DNA from: Hyperthermus butylicus DSM 5456
GTDB taxonomy: Archaea; Thermoproteota; Thermoprotei_A; Sulfolobales; Pyrodictiaceae
NCBI RefSeq assembly: GCF_000015145.1
Contig: NC_008818.1
Location: 1,140,001 to 1,172,000 of the forward strand
Reading direction: 5' to 3'
Length of the DNA stretch: 32,000 bases
Part shown: piece by piece, positions 1 to 10,789 of the stretch
Position numbering within the stretch: the first letter of the stretch is position 1
Layout: every line of letters starts with the position of its first letter
Notes under the pieces: model-generated
Database searches by the model: none
Told to the model about the DNA's origin: nothing
The model's input: the letters and a program-made list of their open reading frames with translations, nothing else
Made by a program: the position numbers and the translations under genes

Positions 1-1491
1 CCTATAGCTTACTTTAGCCTCACATACCCCTACATCTATAGGCCTTACCCTTACCACTCTAGGCTTAACCTCAAGCTTTACATGTTTTAGTATATTAAGC
101 CTAGCTTCAACGTCACCGATAACGAGTGTAGAGCTGGATTGGAGATTATGGTTAGCCGGAAAATACGTTCTTAGCGTTGTACCGGAAGCCTCATACCGTA
201 TAGGCTTAACGCATAAACTGTTACTACAAAGCAAAGGTAATGGCCCAACACCGCTATCACCACGTATCAAGGGATAATCTTCAATAACAACTTCAACAAG
301 CCCACTAACGCAACGCCCATCACTGAGGAAAAAGCAGCCGCCCTCAATTCTAAGATAGCGGGCGGTTTTAATGCGTGGGCCAGACATACAGCAGTCTATG
401 ACTTCTGCTCCATCCTCAACAGAAAGCCTAGTTAATATATCATGCCTAGTGGTAAGGTAGCTAGTGTATCCGTCGAAATCAATGACTATATATGATTCAG
501 TACCATTTGCAGCCTCGGCTATGACAAGCTTGTCATTATCATCTACATGAATTATATAGGGATGTACAACTAGTGTATTGTTACTACTGAGTAGTCCTAG
601 AAGTTTCATGGCAAGCCTCTCATTATCCACACCAAACACTTTTATCCCGTCACATACAACTACTCCATGACCTTTAACTGTTAAGAAATACTTTATATCT
701 CTACATGATGCAGCTGGCTCTACAAGACCACCACTATCGACCATGTATAGCATCCTGCTTGAAACGTCGTAGAGATACACATAGCCCTCACCGCTATATC
801 CTATCGGTCTTAAGTTATCATTTGATGCAGGCAGTTCCACAACACTACCCACAGGACTAACAATAGTCATATACTCATTATAATATAGCACAACTACGCC
901 AAGCCCCTCGGAAATCTTCTTGGGTTGCCTCCGGAGCTTAATGTGAGTATACGTTATCAGCGAGTCAAAGAGCATATATGTGTCATTTCCTCGACGGTAA
1001 ACAATTGAGAGAAGCCACGGACTCCTAACACTACCTATAACCTTTGAAAACCTAATATTATCAAAGATGTCACAATTAAACCCACGGTTATAGACGTATA
1101 ACTCGCCACCGAGGATGCGACGTGACATAGCTACTACAACATGTATACCACGTACAATACTACTCTTAGAACCCCCCATGCTTATTCGGCACTTCCCAAC
1201 AGGCGATAAAAACTCGTCAAAGCGTAGCTCTGTCAACCCAGCTGAGCCTATGTAAGCTAAGCTGCCCTCCATTCCAGCCTCGACGGGTAATGGTATAACC
1301 GCTACGCTATCATTACTTTCAAACACCTCCAAGAAGAGAGATGGCCCAATCTTGCTCACAACATACTGCTTTTCCCTAAATGCCCTGGCATAGCTACCAG
1401 CTAGAGGTATAATACTACGTAGCTTAATGTCGGTTCTAAACCTAGCAAACCTGCGCAAAATCACCGAGTGTACCCTAGTCACGCAACACAT
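1..1491 (-). CDS. Hypothetical protein, partial (continues past window start)
   Basis: Absent from the ORF track because it is truncated at the edge. Reverse-strand translation is open from ATG at 1491..1489 through base 1: MCCVTRVHSVILRRFARFRTDIKLRSIIPLAGSYARAFREKQYVVSKIG...LNILKHVKLEVKPRVVRVRPIDVGVCEAKVSYR. About 497 codons without a stop. Confidence 0.8.
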   Translation of the reverse strand, partial: MCCVTRVHSVILRRFARFRTDIKLRSIIPLAGSYARAFREKQYVVSKIGPSLFLEVFESNDSVAVIPLPVEAGMEGSLAYIGSAGLTELRFDEFLSPVGKCRISMGGSKSSIVRGIHVVVAMSRRILGGELYVYNRGFNCDIFDNIRFSKVIGSVRSPWLLSIVYRRGNDTYMLFDSLITYTHIKLRRQPKKISEGLGVVVLYYNEYMTIVSPVGSVVELPASNDNLRPIGYSGEGYVYLYDVSSRMLYMVDSGGLVEPAASCRDIKYFLTVKGHGVVVCDGIKVFGVDNERLAMKLLGLLSSNNTLVVHPYIIHVDDNDKLVIAEAANGTESYIVIDFDGYTSYLTTRHDILTRLSVEDGAEVIDCCMSGPRIKTARYLRIEGGCFFLSDGRCVSGLVEVVIEDYPLIRGDSGVGPLPLLCSNSLCVKPIRYEASGTTLRTYFPANHNLQSSSTLVIGDVEARLNILKHVKLEVKPRVVRVRPIDVGVCEAKVSYR

Positions 1492-1655
1492 AGGAGAGCA
1501 CTAAGTATCTGTGTTGAGCGAAACTATACACATTGAATACAGTAAGCTGGGGGGCAACTAGGTTGCCGTGATGAGGCTAAAGTTGAAGGAAATACAGGTT
1601 GCTTGTTTAAAAAACAAAAACAAGTAATTAGCGTATGGAGCTATTATTGCCTTGG

Positions 1656-2543
1656 TTAGCCCTGCTTTGTGAAGCCAAATGTTAGGTTGAATAGCTCGTT
1701 GAACTCCTTTTGTATCTCTTCGCGCTTCTCCTTGACGGACTTCACTACTGCCTCGAGCGCTGTATAGGCTCTGCTTGGTATCTTGCCGCGGAACCAGCTT
1801 ACATCATTAGCGCCAACACCAAGCTTGTCGTACTTTAGCCCGGTTAGTGGGTCCTCCTTCCTCTCATTAATTATGTGGTCCAGCTCGAGTACTAGCGTGC
1901 CGCGAGCGAGCATGTAGTCGCCGTACGGGTCGACTAGCTTTAGTACCTGCTTCTTTATCTTGCTTAGGATCCTAATGCCTAAGATTTTGTCTGGCGATGG
2001 CCTTATCTTAGCAACTTGTAGTGCACCAAGTAGGGCAACTATGCCGCTTAGATCGCTAAATGGCTCATACCATGGCCGACCCCTGCCTCCAGCAAGCATT
2101 TGCTCAGCTGTGGCCCTAAGCAGTACCTGCCCGCTAAGCACCATGTTGTAGGCGTAAGCCTTCTTGAACTTCTCGTCAAGAGCTATGTCTATAATGCTCT
2201 CTGCGTTGCTTCCAACGAATAGTACGTGGCGTGCAGGTGTGTCAAATACTACGCCCATGTAGAAGCCGAGCATTGTTGCTGCTTCAGGTCTGCCGGCCGC
2301 CTTGAATACCAGGTCGCCCAGCAAGGTCCTCTGCAGAGCAACATCATTGAGCCTCCTTGGAGCCTCGCTATACGCGATAACCTTTACCAGGCCGAAGCTC
2401 TGTAACATTCTTAGGTAGTAGAGTAGGTCGTTCATACCAAAGTTCTTTAGTGCAACATACTTCTCGCCTAGCATCTCAACACGTACAATGGCCGCCAACA
2501 TTATCGCTAATCCTCTTAGGCTCCTGGCCTGGCTCAGCAGCAC
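1656..2543 (-). CDS. Conserved-looking hypothetical protein (C-terminal part of a possibly frameshifted gene)
   Basis: 295-aa ORF; overlaps the upstream same-strand ORF 2476..2694 in another frame; joined product is plausible. Confidence 0.6.
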   Translation of the reverse strand: MLLSQARSLRGLAIMLAAIVRVEMLGEKYVALKNFGMNDLLYYLRMLQSFGLVKVIAYSEAPRRLNDVALQRTLLGDLVFKAAGRPEAATMLGFYMGVVFDTPARHVLFVGSNAESIIDIALDEKFKKAYAYNMVLSGQVLLRATAEQMLAGGRGRPWYEPFSDLSGIVALLGALQVAKIRPSPDKILGIRILSKIKKQVLKLVDPYGDYMLARGTLVLELDHIINERKEDPLTGLKYDKLGVGANDVSWFRGKIPSRAYTALEAVVKSVKEKREEIQKEFNELFNLTFGFTKQG

Positions 2544-2670
2544 CTGCCAGCATGTCCTTATAGAACTCTATGAGACCCGAAATGCCGCCAAGCTTACCCT
2601 GAGCTGCAGCTGCCAGCTCCTTAAACCTCCTTGGAACCCTAGCTTCTAGAGTCAGGGGTGGTAACAGCAT
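2476..2670 (-). CDS. N-terminal part of the same possibly frameshifted gene
   Basis: MLLPPLTLEARVPRRFKELAAAAQGKLGGISGLIEFYKDMLAGAAEPGQEPKRISDNVGG has normal protein character and ends shortly after the other frame opens. Confidence 0.5.
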   Translation of the reverse strand: MLLPPLTLEARVPRRFKELAAAAQGKLGGISGLIEFYKDMLAGAAEPGQEPKRISDNVGGHCTC

Positions 2671-3025
2671 ACTCCCACCACTCCACGTACACACAGCTAT
2701 GGAGGCCGGAGTTAAAAATTGTCCCCTTAAACACGCTATGCTCCGAATCCCCCTCTAGCATGTTGAACATAGTACTACCTACAGTGAACGGACATGACAC
2801 TACTGGATATGGCTAAAGCAAGCAATACAGTTCACTACAACGCCGCAACCCTCAATCAAAATTAAGAATGCCTATGAGCAAAAACACCTGCATCTACAGT
2901 CAAGCCCAGCCACTTACAACACGTGACCACACCGATAAAACCCATAGACACCACAATCCTAACAGAATAAAGTTGATAACCCCCATATATCACTTAGAAA
3001 CCGACTAACATGGCCGCCGGTGCAG

Positions 3026-3103
<78 letters not shown>

Positions 3104-3260
3104 CAATCCCTTCCCTCTCCCAATCCTCCAACACGAATAACTCAAACCCATCTGGCTACATTATCAACATGAGGTATGGATAGAAGGAAGAGGAGCAACC
3201 CAAAATGCTTGTGGGGAAAAAAATACTGGGGGAGAAGAAGATCTACATCACTCCCTAGGC

Positions 3261-3449
3261 TTAGCTGCAGATTGGGTAGTCGTCTGGTACCTTGGCTCTG
3301 AAGTACTTGCCTGTTTCGGGGCTCTTGAATAGGCCTATCTTGACGCCCTTCCTACCCCTGGGTGCTAGCTGCCACACCTTGATTGGTACCAGCTCTACCT
3401 CCTTACCAGTAGTAGGGTCACGAACCTTAACAGGCTTCTCACACGCCAA
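3261..3449 (-). CDS. cren7: Chromatin protein Cren7
   Basis: Internal TTG start gives [62 protein letters not shown], matching the Cren7 family in pattern ([32 protein letters not shown]) and length. Confidence 0.93.
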   Translation of the reverse strand: MACEKPVKVRDPTTGKEVELVPIKVWQLAPRGRKGVKIGLFKSPETGKYFRAKVPDDYPICS

Positions 3450-3715
3450 CCCAACACACCCCACTGCTCGCTGTTCCAGGAATGTAGTTGTGGGCTTAGG
3501 TATAGTATGACGATATTGCCACAACATATCGGCGTAATACCTTATTGCTATACGCTATAACGGTATTTCGTTATGGCCAGGGTGCTACCACGTATCCGAG
3601 AACATTTCCTCCACGAAAGCCCCCTTCAGTGTAGTACACTTAGAATGTGGGCCAGGTAGCGTTAAATTGATAAACACCAGTACCCTAACTTCCTACCACA
3701 ATACATGGATGTGTC

Positions 3716-3792
3716 GGGCCCGTAGCTCAGCCCGGTAGAGCGCCCGGCTCATAACCGGGTGGTCGGGGGTTCAAATCCCCCCGGGCCCACCA
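3716..3792 (+). tRNA. tRNA with CAU anticodon (elongator Met or Ile2), CCA encoded
   Basis: Acceptor GGGCCCG/CGGGCCC, anticodon stem CCCGG/CCGGG, loop CTCATAA, T arm GGGGG-TTCAAAT-CCCCC, A, CCA. Does not show the expected initiator features, but Met versus agmatidine-modified Ile2 cannot be resolved here. Confidence 0.93.
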
Positions 3793-3826
3793 CCCTCCTC
3801 CTCAGCTGGCTACAGGCGGTGAATCC

Positions 3827-4360
3827 TTGGTTTGCAATAGTGGGTTACAGCATGATCTCCTCTGGACAATTCCACCACTATTCTACACGTATACGAGGCA
3901 TTGTATCCTAGTCCAGGATCTAGCGAAACTGCTAGGAGTGCCAGCAAAGACTGCAAAATCGGTTATGTGGGCACTAGCGAGACGTGGGCTCGTTGAGAGG
4001 GCTGAGTGCGGCTATACCATTACGTGCCGCAAGATGCTCGATTGGATAGAGGTTGTCGCTAGGTCGAGTAATAAATTTGTGGCATACGGCAATGGAGTTA
4101 TTGTACTCAGCTATATTAGATCGAGGGGTATACGTGCATACCAAATACCCATAAATCTGGCTTGCAGAGTACAAGCTGAGCTTGAGAATGCTGGCTTAGA
4201 TGCTGCACAATGTTGGCACATGAAGAACTGTATACGCATGATAGCTGAAAAGCTGGGAGTACATGCTAAAACGGTATCACTAGCATTGCGCAGCCTAGCA
4301 CTACTATCATGCCCCAGCACGATATGCCCAATAACTTGCAGCGAATATCAAGGTAATTAA
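3827..4360 (+). CDS. Putative HTH-type regulatory protein
   Basis: 177-aa ORF; 'VQDLAKLLGVPAKTAKSVMWALARRGLVER' and 'IRMIAEKLGVHAKTVSLALRSLALL' look like helix-turn-helix segments. Confidence 0.6.
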   Translation: MVCNSGLQHDLLWTIPPLFYTYTRHCILVQDLAKLLGVPAKTAKSVMWALARRGLVERAECGYTITCRKMLDWIEVVARSSNKFVAYGNGVIVLSYIRSRGIRAYQIPINLACRVQAELENAGLDAAQCWHMKNCIRMIAEKLGVHAKTVSLALRSLALLSCPSTICPITCSEYQGN

Positions 4361-4456
4361 CCCCCAACCATAACCTCCACACGTGGATGAACCCCCGGCA
4401 GACCCGCCCACCGGGGCGGGGATGAGCGGCGTGGTGGGCCCAGAGATGAATAGGGT

Positions 4457-4588
4457 GGGCCCGTAGCTCAGCCAGGCAGAGCGCCGGGCTCCAGACCGGC
4501 ACCTCCGGTCCAGGCGCCGGGTCTGTCGAAAACGGGATGAGAGGGAGAGACCCGGAGGTCGGGGGTTCAAATCCCCCCGGGCCCACCA
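4457..4588 (+). tRNA. tRNA-Trp (CCA anticodon) with 55-nt intron, 3' CCA encoded
   Basis: Acceptor GGGCCCG/CGGGCCC; 5' anticodon stem CCGGG then CTCCAG; 3' exon A+CCCGG; intron 4495..4549; central helix CUCC:GGAG with bulges AG^A on both sides. Confidence 0.92.
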
Positions 4589-4692
4589 CGCACCCCTAAC
4601 ACACTACTCCCTAGTTGTCAGCTCCTGTCTCACACAGAATCCGACAGCGTAATCCTCCCTCTGTATTGTTTACAATTGCTTACTGCTTTTAG

Positions 4693-6009
<1,317 letters not shown>

Positions 6010-6191
6010 GGCTGTTGTCAATGCTCTCTAACCAACCACTTGGGGGCTGTGACGCCTTACAGCCGAGCCGAGAGACTATAACTCTATGAGGAGTTTCGCC
6101 CCTCGGGAGCCCCCTACATGCCTATGAAGAGTACGCCAGCGACCGACGCCTCTAATAGCATTGATGGGGAGTGACTTGGCTCTGAGGCCCT

Positions 6192-6989
6192 TTACCTTCC
6201 ACCAACTTCTCCCACGAACTTCCATGTCCTCCTCGTAGCGTCAAAGTATATGAGGCCAGCCTCCTTGAGCTTTTTGAACAAGGCGTACTGCTGCTCTGTA
6301 AGCAGCAGTTTCACCTCGTCATCGTTTGCAGTAGGCAACTTCTCAACCTTATCCCTAAAGTTTTCCCAGAATTCGGGGTCAACAGCAACCCTTTCCCCTC
6401 CAACATCAAGTATTATTGCACCTTCACGGCGTAACCTTTCAAAGAATGCATCCCTATCCCGCAGCCACTGCACCTCGTGCTCAAATACTACACCCTGCTC
6501 TCTAAGCCTCTCAATAGCTGAGCGGCGGCGTAGTTGCCTAGCAACTGTTTGTTCACGGCGCTCGGTAACCATTCTAGTCTGCTGAAGGTTCTGCAGCGCT
6601 TCGCGTAGCGATCGTGTCTCATCCTCTACACTCTTAATCCTAACCTCGAGTTGTTCAATTCTCTCAATAACCTCTGCAAGCCTTGCAGACAACTGGTCTA
6701 CCTTAGCGGTCCACGGGTTTACTAGGTCCTGCAGCCTCCTCTCAAGCCTAGCAACGAGTTTATCAACATTAAGTCCAGAGCCTAGCCTTGAAAGCTTCTC
6801 TTCAACTATGCGCTCAACATCAGTTAGTGTAACCCTTATACTCTCCTCCTTGTACCCAAGCTCGCGGAACACTATGTCGCGGAGATAGTCAGAGACTAGG
6901 CTGTAGCCGAGCCGCCTAGCCTTCCTTTCAAGTTCTCGGTATATGTCGTCTGGAAGGCGTAGGGCAACTATGCGTGCCACACTATCCAC
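6192..6989 (-). CDS. Ribbon-helix-helix-like N-terminus with long coiled-coil protein
   Basis: 'RIVALRLPDDIYRELERKARRLGYSLVSDYLRDIV' resembles RHH/CopG-type; followed by heptad-rich region and a small C-terminal domain. Confidence 0.6.
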   Translation of the reverse strand: MDSVARIVALRLPDDIYRELERKARRLGYSLVSDYLRDIVFRELGYKEESIRVTLTDVERIVEEKLSRLGSGLNVDKLVARLERRLQDLVNPWTAKVDQLSARLAEVIERIEQLEVRIKSVEDETRSLREALQNLQQTRMVTERREQTVARQLRRRSAIERLREQGVVFEHEVQWLRDRDAFFERLRREGAIILDVGGERVAVDPEFWENFRDKVEKLPTANDDEVKLLLTEQQYALFKKLKEAGLIYFDATRRTWKFVGEVGGR

Positions 6990-7168
6990 CTACACTGCTA
7001 CTCAAGTAGAATGATTTATGCTGGTAACTCCTATTATTTGGGTTCACACTGTTGACTAACTCGGGCTATGCTGAGGGCTGTACTCGCCGAAACCCGGGGA
7101 TGTGGACGCCTTTAAGTACTGAGCCCCTACCACCTCCCGCGCGGCTAAGTCTCTAAGCGGGTGAAAGC

Positions 7169-7646
7169 ATGACGGACAACATCATAGTCGTAATCCACGA
7201 TGTGTCAAGCGCACAAAGACTAATTGACTTCGCAAAACTAGTCTATGGACTAGGACTCCGTGTACTCATAGCCACGAAAGTCTATGGGAGCTGCCGCTTC
7301 AAGCGGCATACCCGAGGTTGCAAGGTTAGCGCTAAAGCTTGGAGCAAGCTTTACAATACTAGGCACAGTCAAGGAGGCCATAGAGGTGTTTAAGCCAGAC
7401 CACGTTGTCGTAGTCTCACGCGACTATGGCGAGCCCGTGGTGCCCGAGGAGTATGCATCAAAACTGCTAGAGAGGAAGGGTAGGATCATGCTTGTATTTG
7501 GTGGCATAGACCCGGCGCCCTCAAAAGACGTTGCAGGACTAGGAGATGCCATCTACCCGGCAAATACACGGTCCCGTCTTGGTCCTATCGCCGAAGCAGC
7601 ATTAATACTGTATCCTATTGCAAGGATTTCTCAAGGTACCGCCTAA
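7169..7646 (+). CDS. Conserved archaeal protein of RecB-like/SpoU-like annotation (COG4080-type), split over two frames
   Basis: ORFs 7169..7393 and 7284..7646 join as MTDNIIVVIHDVSSAQRLIDFAKLVYGLGLRVLIATKVYG + AAASSGIPEVARLALKLGASFTILGTVKEAIEVFKPD... if one base at about 7289 is skipped. Family name recalled from memory and needs checking. Confidence 0.55.
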
Positions 7647-8580
7647 CCTCCCATGCTATAGCCTCAGCCAGCGGTACCGGTACAGCCTCCCCAACCTGGT
7701 TGTATTGCTCGTCGCGGCCACCCAGAAAGACATGATTATCAGGGAACCCCATTAGCCTAGCTTGTTCTCTGACGGTGAGGAATCGATCCTCATAGGGGTG
7801 TATGAAGCGGCTTGAGCCGAGTACCGTTGGAGCATGCCTCCTAGGGTCAAGCCTTATGAGGTTTGGCAGTCGCTTACCCTCAGCACCCTCGTAGTATATG
7901 AGAGCTTGCCCCCAGCGGAGCCTTGCGATACGCTTAACCTTCCTAGGACTCATACTTGGAGGCTCATGGTTTAGCACTATTTCAGCTCCAGGCTCGGGGA
8001 GCCCCCTTAGGGCTTCTGCAACTGTTATCCTCCTACGGTGGGGTCTCGGCTTGATGCGTATGTTTGATATGAATACTCTTAGACGATGACTCGGTGTGCC
8101 ATAGTCTTCCGCTTTGAGCAGGTTAAAGTATATTCGGTTGTAGCCAGCCTCACGGAATATCTTTTCAAGCTCATCCTTTACGTCCATAATTGCCGGCACG
8201 TTCTCCATAACGAATACCTTCGGCTTAAGCTCCCCGACTATCCGGGCAAAGTGGAGTACAAGCTGACCCGCAGGATCCCGGTAGAGCCTGTCTATAGGAT
8301 CCTTCATGCGCCTTGGGTTGGCACCGGTATAGGGCTCACAGGGAGGGCTACCTATGACCACATCCACGGGCCCTACGAGACTCTCAATGAGCTTACCCGT
8401 AACTTCCTGGATGTCCATGGCCAGGGCTACAGCCTCGGGGAAGTTGGCCTTGAAGCTCCTTATGGCGGCCGGATTGTTGTCTACACCAAGTAGTATACGG
8501 AAGCCAGCCCTCCTAAACCCCTCTGCAAAGCCTCCAGCACCAGAAAATAGGTCAACTAGCCTTAGCTCCACCAAGCTCAT
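7615..8580 (-). CDS. DNA (cytosine-5-)-methyltransferase
   Basis: Motif [14 protein letters not shown], motif [11 protein letters not shown], motif [10 protein letters not shown], motif [12 protein letters not shown], motif [14 protein letters not shown] and [18 protein letters not shown]. Confidence 0.9.
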
Positions 8581-9073
8581 CCTCCAACATCTTTATGTAC
8601 TGCTTGAGAATCTGTATTCTTAGTTCACGCTCCTCATCAAGAACAAGCATTGAGCCGCAACGCGGACATATGAACTCGTGGTCGAGCGCCTCTTCAAACG
8701 TATACCTTGTCCCATCACGTGGGCACACATAGTAATGAACGGACTCCTCTTTCTCTAGTAGGGTTCGGAGCTTCTCATGAGCTGCGCGCTTCCTAGACTC
8801 TATTATCGATGGCAATCCCTCATAGTTTATTCTCCAGTAGAATACGAGCTTGTTTTTCTGCGGATGTTTCTGCCTACGATAGACCACAAGGCCCTTTTCA
8901 GCCATGCTATTAAGTGCTCTCCTTACAACATTTAGCTTTAACCCTGTCTTAGTAGCTATATCAGCCTCTGATAGTTCTTCCCCAGCCTCGTAAAGGGCTT
9001 CAAAAACCTTTCTTGCATCACTGTCTACAAGCTTTTCGACAAATGTGAAGAGCTTCTCAATCTCGCTACTCAT
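8552..9073 (-). CDS. tfe: Transcription factor E, alpha subunit
   Basis: N-terminal winged helix plus C-terminal zinc ribbon [30 protein letters not shown], as in archaeal TFE. Confidence 0.9.
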
Positions 9074-9099
9074 TCCTAGGCCCCCCTTATGGTTAAATA

Positions 9100-9663
9100 T
9101 CAGGCTTCTCGGCTTACTACCTTTTTGCCCCTGGCAGACGGAACTATGCGTAGTTTTGCTCTAGGAAAGTCTATGTAGAGTTCCTTACCCTCATAAAGCT
9201 TGTGGAGAAATATTGCTAGAGCTGCAACTTCGCTGTGAGGCTGATGTCCAATCGCAACATTGTAGTCGGCATACTCGTAGAAGAATGGAGGCACCTTTTC
9301 GGCTCCGACGATTATGAGTTTAGGTTTACTGCTACGTTTAATCTCCTCTATAACGTCGTCTACGTGGAGTCCATACATGGTTAGGTGTATGACTTCGCCT
9401 CCAGCCCGCTTCCATTCTAGCACATAGCGTCTACTGTTGACACCACAAGCTAACTCCATGCTGCCGCCCCAGCGGTCGATTACATCTTTCAGCGATTCCA
9501 TTACCTTCTCGTCACATGTATCACCTAAAATGAATCCATTAGCGCCAAAAGCTCTAGCTACAAGCCCTACATGTGTAGTAATCCTCTTATCTCGTTCGGG
9601 TCTGTGACCTATCCTCAACACGTAGACCCTTTCGTACCTGCTAGCAGGGTGGCTATACGACAT
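9100..9663 (-). CDS. tRNA (cytidine(56)-2'-O)-methyltransferase, Trm56 family
   Basis: [31 protein letters not shown]... and [37 protein letters not shown], typical of archaeal Trm56. Confidence 0.85.
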
Positions 9664-10742
9664 AGCAGCTTAGCCACCCCAGCACCCGTCTTTGCGGATA
9701 CCGGTATCACAGCTTCCAGGGCGGGGTATAGGGTTGATGCCGCACCCTCTAGTAGCCTTGTGAGCCTCTCGATGTCCTCTTGGGGAACGAGATCTATCTT
9801 GTTAGCTGCTATGATTAGGGGTTTATCTATTACACCTATTCTCCTCAGCGTCTGAAGCCCCTCGTCAAGCTTCTCGGCAATAACTGTGTCCGGCTCTGAA
9901 ACATCCACAACATATAGTATCACATCGGCTGTAGCAGCTTCCTCTAGTGTTGAGTGAAACGCTTCTATTATCTCCGGTGGGATACGCATTATGAAGCCTA
10001 CAGTATCTATGAAGACTGTTCGCAGTCCATTGAAGCTTATTGCCCTCCTCTTAGGTGTTATTGTTGTAAAGTACTCGGGGCCGACGGGTTTCTGTAAGCC
10101 GGTTATGGCGTTGAAAAGCGAGGTCTTACCGGCACTCGCGTAGCCCACTATGGCTATGTGTGGTAGGCCTGCGCTCCTCCTCTTACTCCTCTCAATCTCG
10201 TGGCGACGACGTAGTTCTCGCAGTTCACGCTTGATTTTTGCTATGCGGGAAACCATGTAGCGGTAGTATGCATCAATAGCGTAGCCGCCAGGGCCTAGAA
10301 ATCCAGGGAGTTCTTTCAGCTTGGAGAGTCTGATTGCTTCACGGACCAGAGGCAGTTCATGCCTAAGCCTTGCAAGCTCTATTTGGAGCTTTGCTTCGCG
10401 GCTACCAGCGTGGAGCGAGAATATTTCGAGAATGAGCATTGTCCTATCTATTGTGTTTACACCGGTTGCCTTTACTATCCTAAAATACTCTCTTGGTTTG
10501 AGGTTGTCGTAGACTATTATCCTTGCATACTCGTTGCCCACGAGACTCTTGGCTTTCTCAGCCAACTCCTCAAGCTTTGCATCGCTTAGCAATTTGGAGC
10601 TGGAAACACGGCGGTAGTAGAGGACATCTACGACGCGGTAGCCTGCAGTTTCAGCTAGCACATAGGCTTCCCTAACCTCCCATCGTGCGAGACCACGGGG
10701 CAGCACTAGTATTGATGGTTTCCAAACAGCAACCTTAGCCAT
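9615..10742 (-). CDS. hflX: GTPase HflX
   Basis: HflX domain followed by G-domain: [23 protein letters not shown]; '[33 protein letters not shown]' is characteristic. Confidence 0.92.
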   Translation of the reverse strand: MAKVAVWKPSILVLPRGLARWEVREAYVLAETAGYRVVDVLYYRRVSSSKLLSDAKLEELAEKAKSLVGNEYARIIVYDNLKPREYFRIVKATGVNTIDRTMLILEIFSLHAGSREAKLQIELARLRHELPLVREAIRLSKLKELPGFLGPGGYAIDAYYRYMVSRIAKIKRELRELRRRHEIERSKRRSAGLPHIAIVGYASAGKTSLFNAITGLQKPVGPEYFTTITPKRRAISFNGLRTVFIDTVGFIMRIPPEIIEAFHSTLEEAATADVILYVVDVSEPDTVIAEKLDEGLQTLRRIGVIDKPLIIAANKIDLVPQEDIERLTRLLEGAASTLYPALEAVIPVSAKTGAGVAKLLCRIATLLAGTKGSTC

Positions 10743-10789
10743 GCCTCAATACCCACCCTGGCAAGCTAACCTCCACAACATCTTGGAGC

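Noticed and set aside
4495-4549. Box C/D guide RNA within the tRNA-Trp intron
   Set aside because: Only an imperfect C-like GGAUGAG segment and no CUGA box; not enough to call.
4266-4589. Minus-strand ORFs beginning MVGPGGFEPPTSGS and MNPRPPGLS
   Set aside because: These are the antisense translation of the tRNA T arm and 3' CCA, a well-known spurious ORF type.
3716-4589. Integrated mobile element between the two tRNA genes
   Set aside because: No integrase or other mobile gene; the interval is under 700 bp. Kept only as a recombination hypothesis.
6250-6585. 111-aa plus-strand ORF opposite the coiled-coil gene
   Set aside because: Ser/Thr-rich antisense translation of coiled-coil codons.
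7615-8580. Restriction-modification system
   Set aside because: Only the methyltransferase is visible; neighbours are a COG4080-like gene and housekeeping genes, with no recognisable nuclease partner.
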